A DNA stretch of 64,000 bases from an uncultured Methanoregulaceae archaeon (lineage in GTDB: Archaea > Halobacteriota > Methanomicrobia > Methanomicrobiales > Methanospirillaceae): the NCBI GenBank assembly GCA_963701095.1, contig OY969564.1, positions 352,001 through 416,000 on the forward strand, in the 5' to 3' direction. Positions 63,965 to 64,000 of the stretch are shown here, one piece after another. The translations under genes were made by a program, and so were the position numbers. The notes beneath the pieces were generated by a model, which saw nothing but the letters and a program-made list of their open reading frames with translations, made no database searches and was not told the origin of the DNA. Position 1 is the first letter of the stretch; every line of letters starts with the position of its first letter.

Positions 63965-64000
63965 TGCCTCATGTCTGCGATTTGCGACGTTTGAACCTTC

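Larger units (their letters stand above)
56500..64000. mobile_element. Unclassified virus/plasmid-like element (left boundary approximate; continues past the window end)
   Basis: AAA+/wHTH replication protein with iteron origin, RHH-like regulator, and a dense run of tiny coupled ORFs with no recognisable family. Confidence 0.6.

Overview
Archaeal DNA, most consistent with a Methanomicrobiales (Methanoregula-like) methanogen. This is an inference from the aRF1, MTH865-family protein, RHD-type REC-PAS-HATPase kinases, GGTGA ribosome-binding sites and a CCA-less tRNA. Layout: (1) 1-10242 is the end of a provirus-derived island integrated at tRNA-Gly(GCC). It holds a type III R-M pair, a start-less and truncated HK97/encapsulin-like capsid gene, a tandem His-Me-finger (HNH-like) nuclease and a tyrosine integrase. 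(2) 10417-17497 is a tetrapyrrole operon (sirC-hemA-hemB-hemL-hemC-cobA). (3) 17.6-30 kb is an accessory region with a decayed tRNA-Leu(GAG), lipoproteins, a LEA-like 11-mer peptide family, a TMEM175 channel, DedA and a divergent aRF1 paralog (GGQ kept, NIKS lost). Several of these genes share a TTTTGYAA-N13-TTAWCC upstream motif. (4) 30.2-53 kb is a large PAS/GAF histidine-kinase, MCP and CheC cluster hit by two IS256 copies. (5) 53-56 kb has a membrane-sensor/Schlafen(AlbA_2) fusion and an AbiEi/AbiEii TA pair. (6) 56.5-64 kb is an unclassified virus/plasmid-like element with a tRNA-like cloverleaf RNA, an AAA+/wHTH replication protein followed by converging iterons, and many tiny coupled ORFs. 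Many single-base indels, mostly in G/C homopolymers, suggest long-read consensus errors rather than true pseudogenes. No database searches were run; family calls come from recognised motifs.
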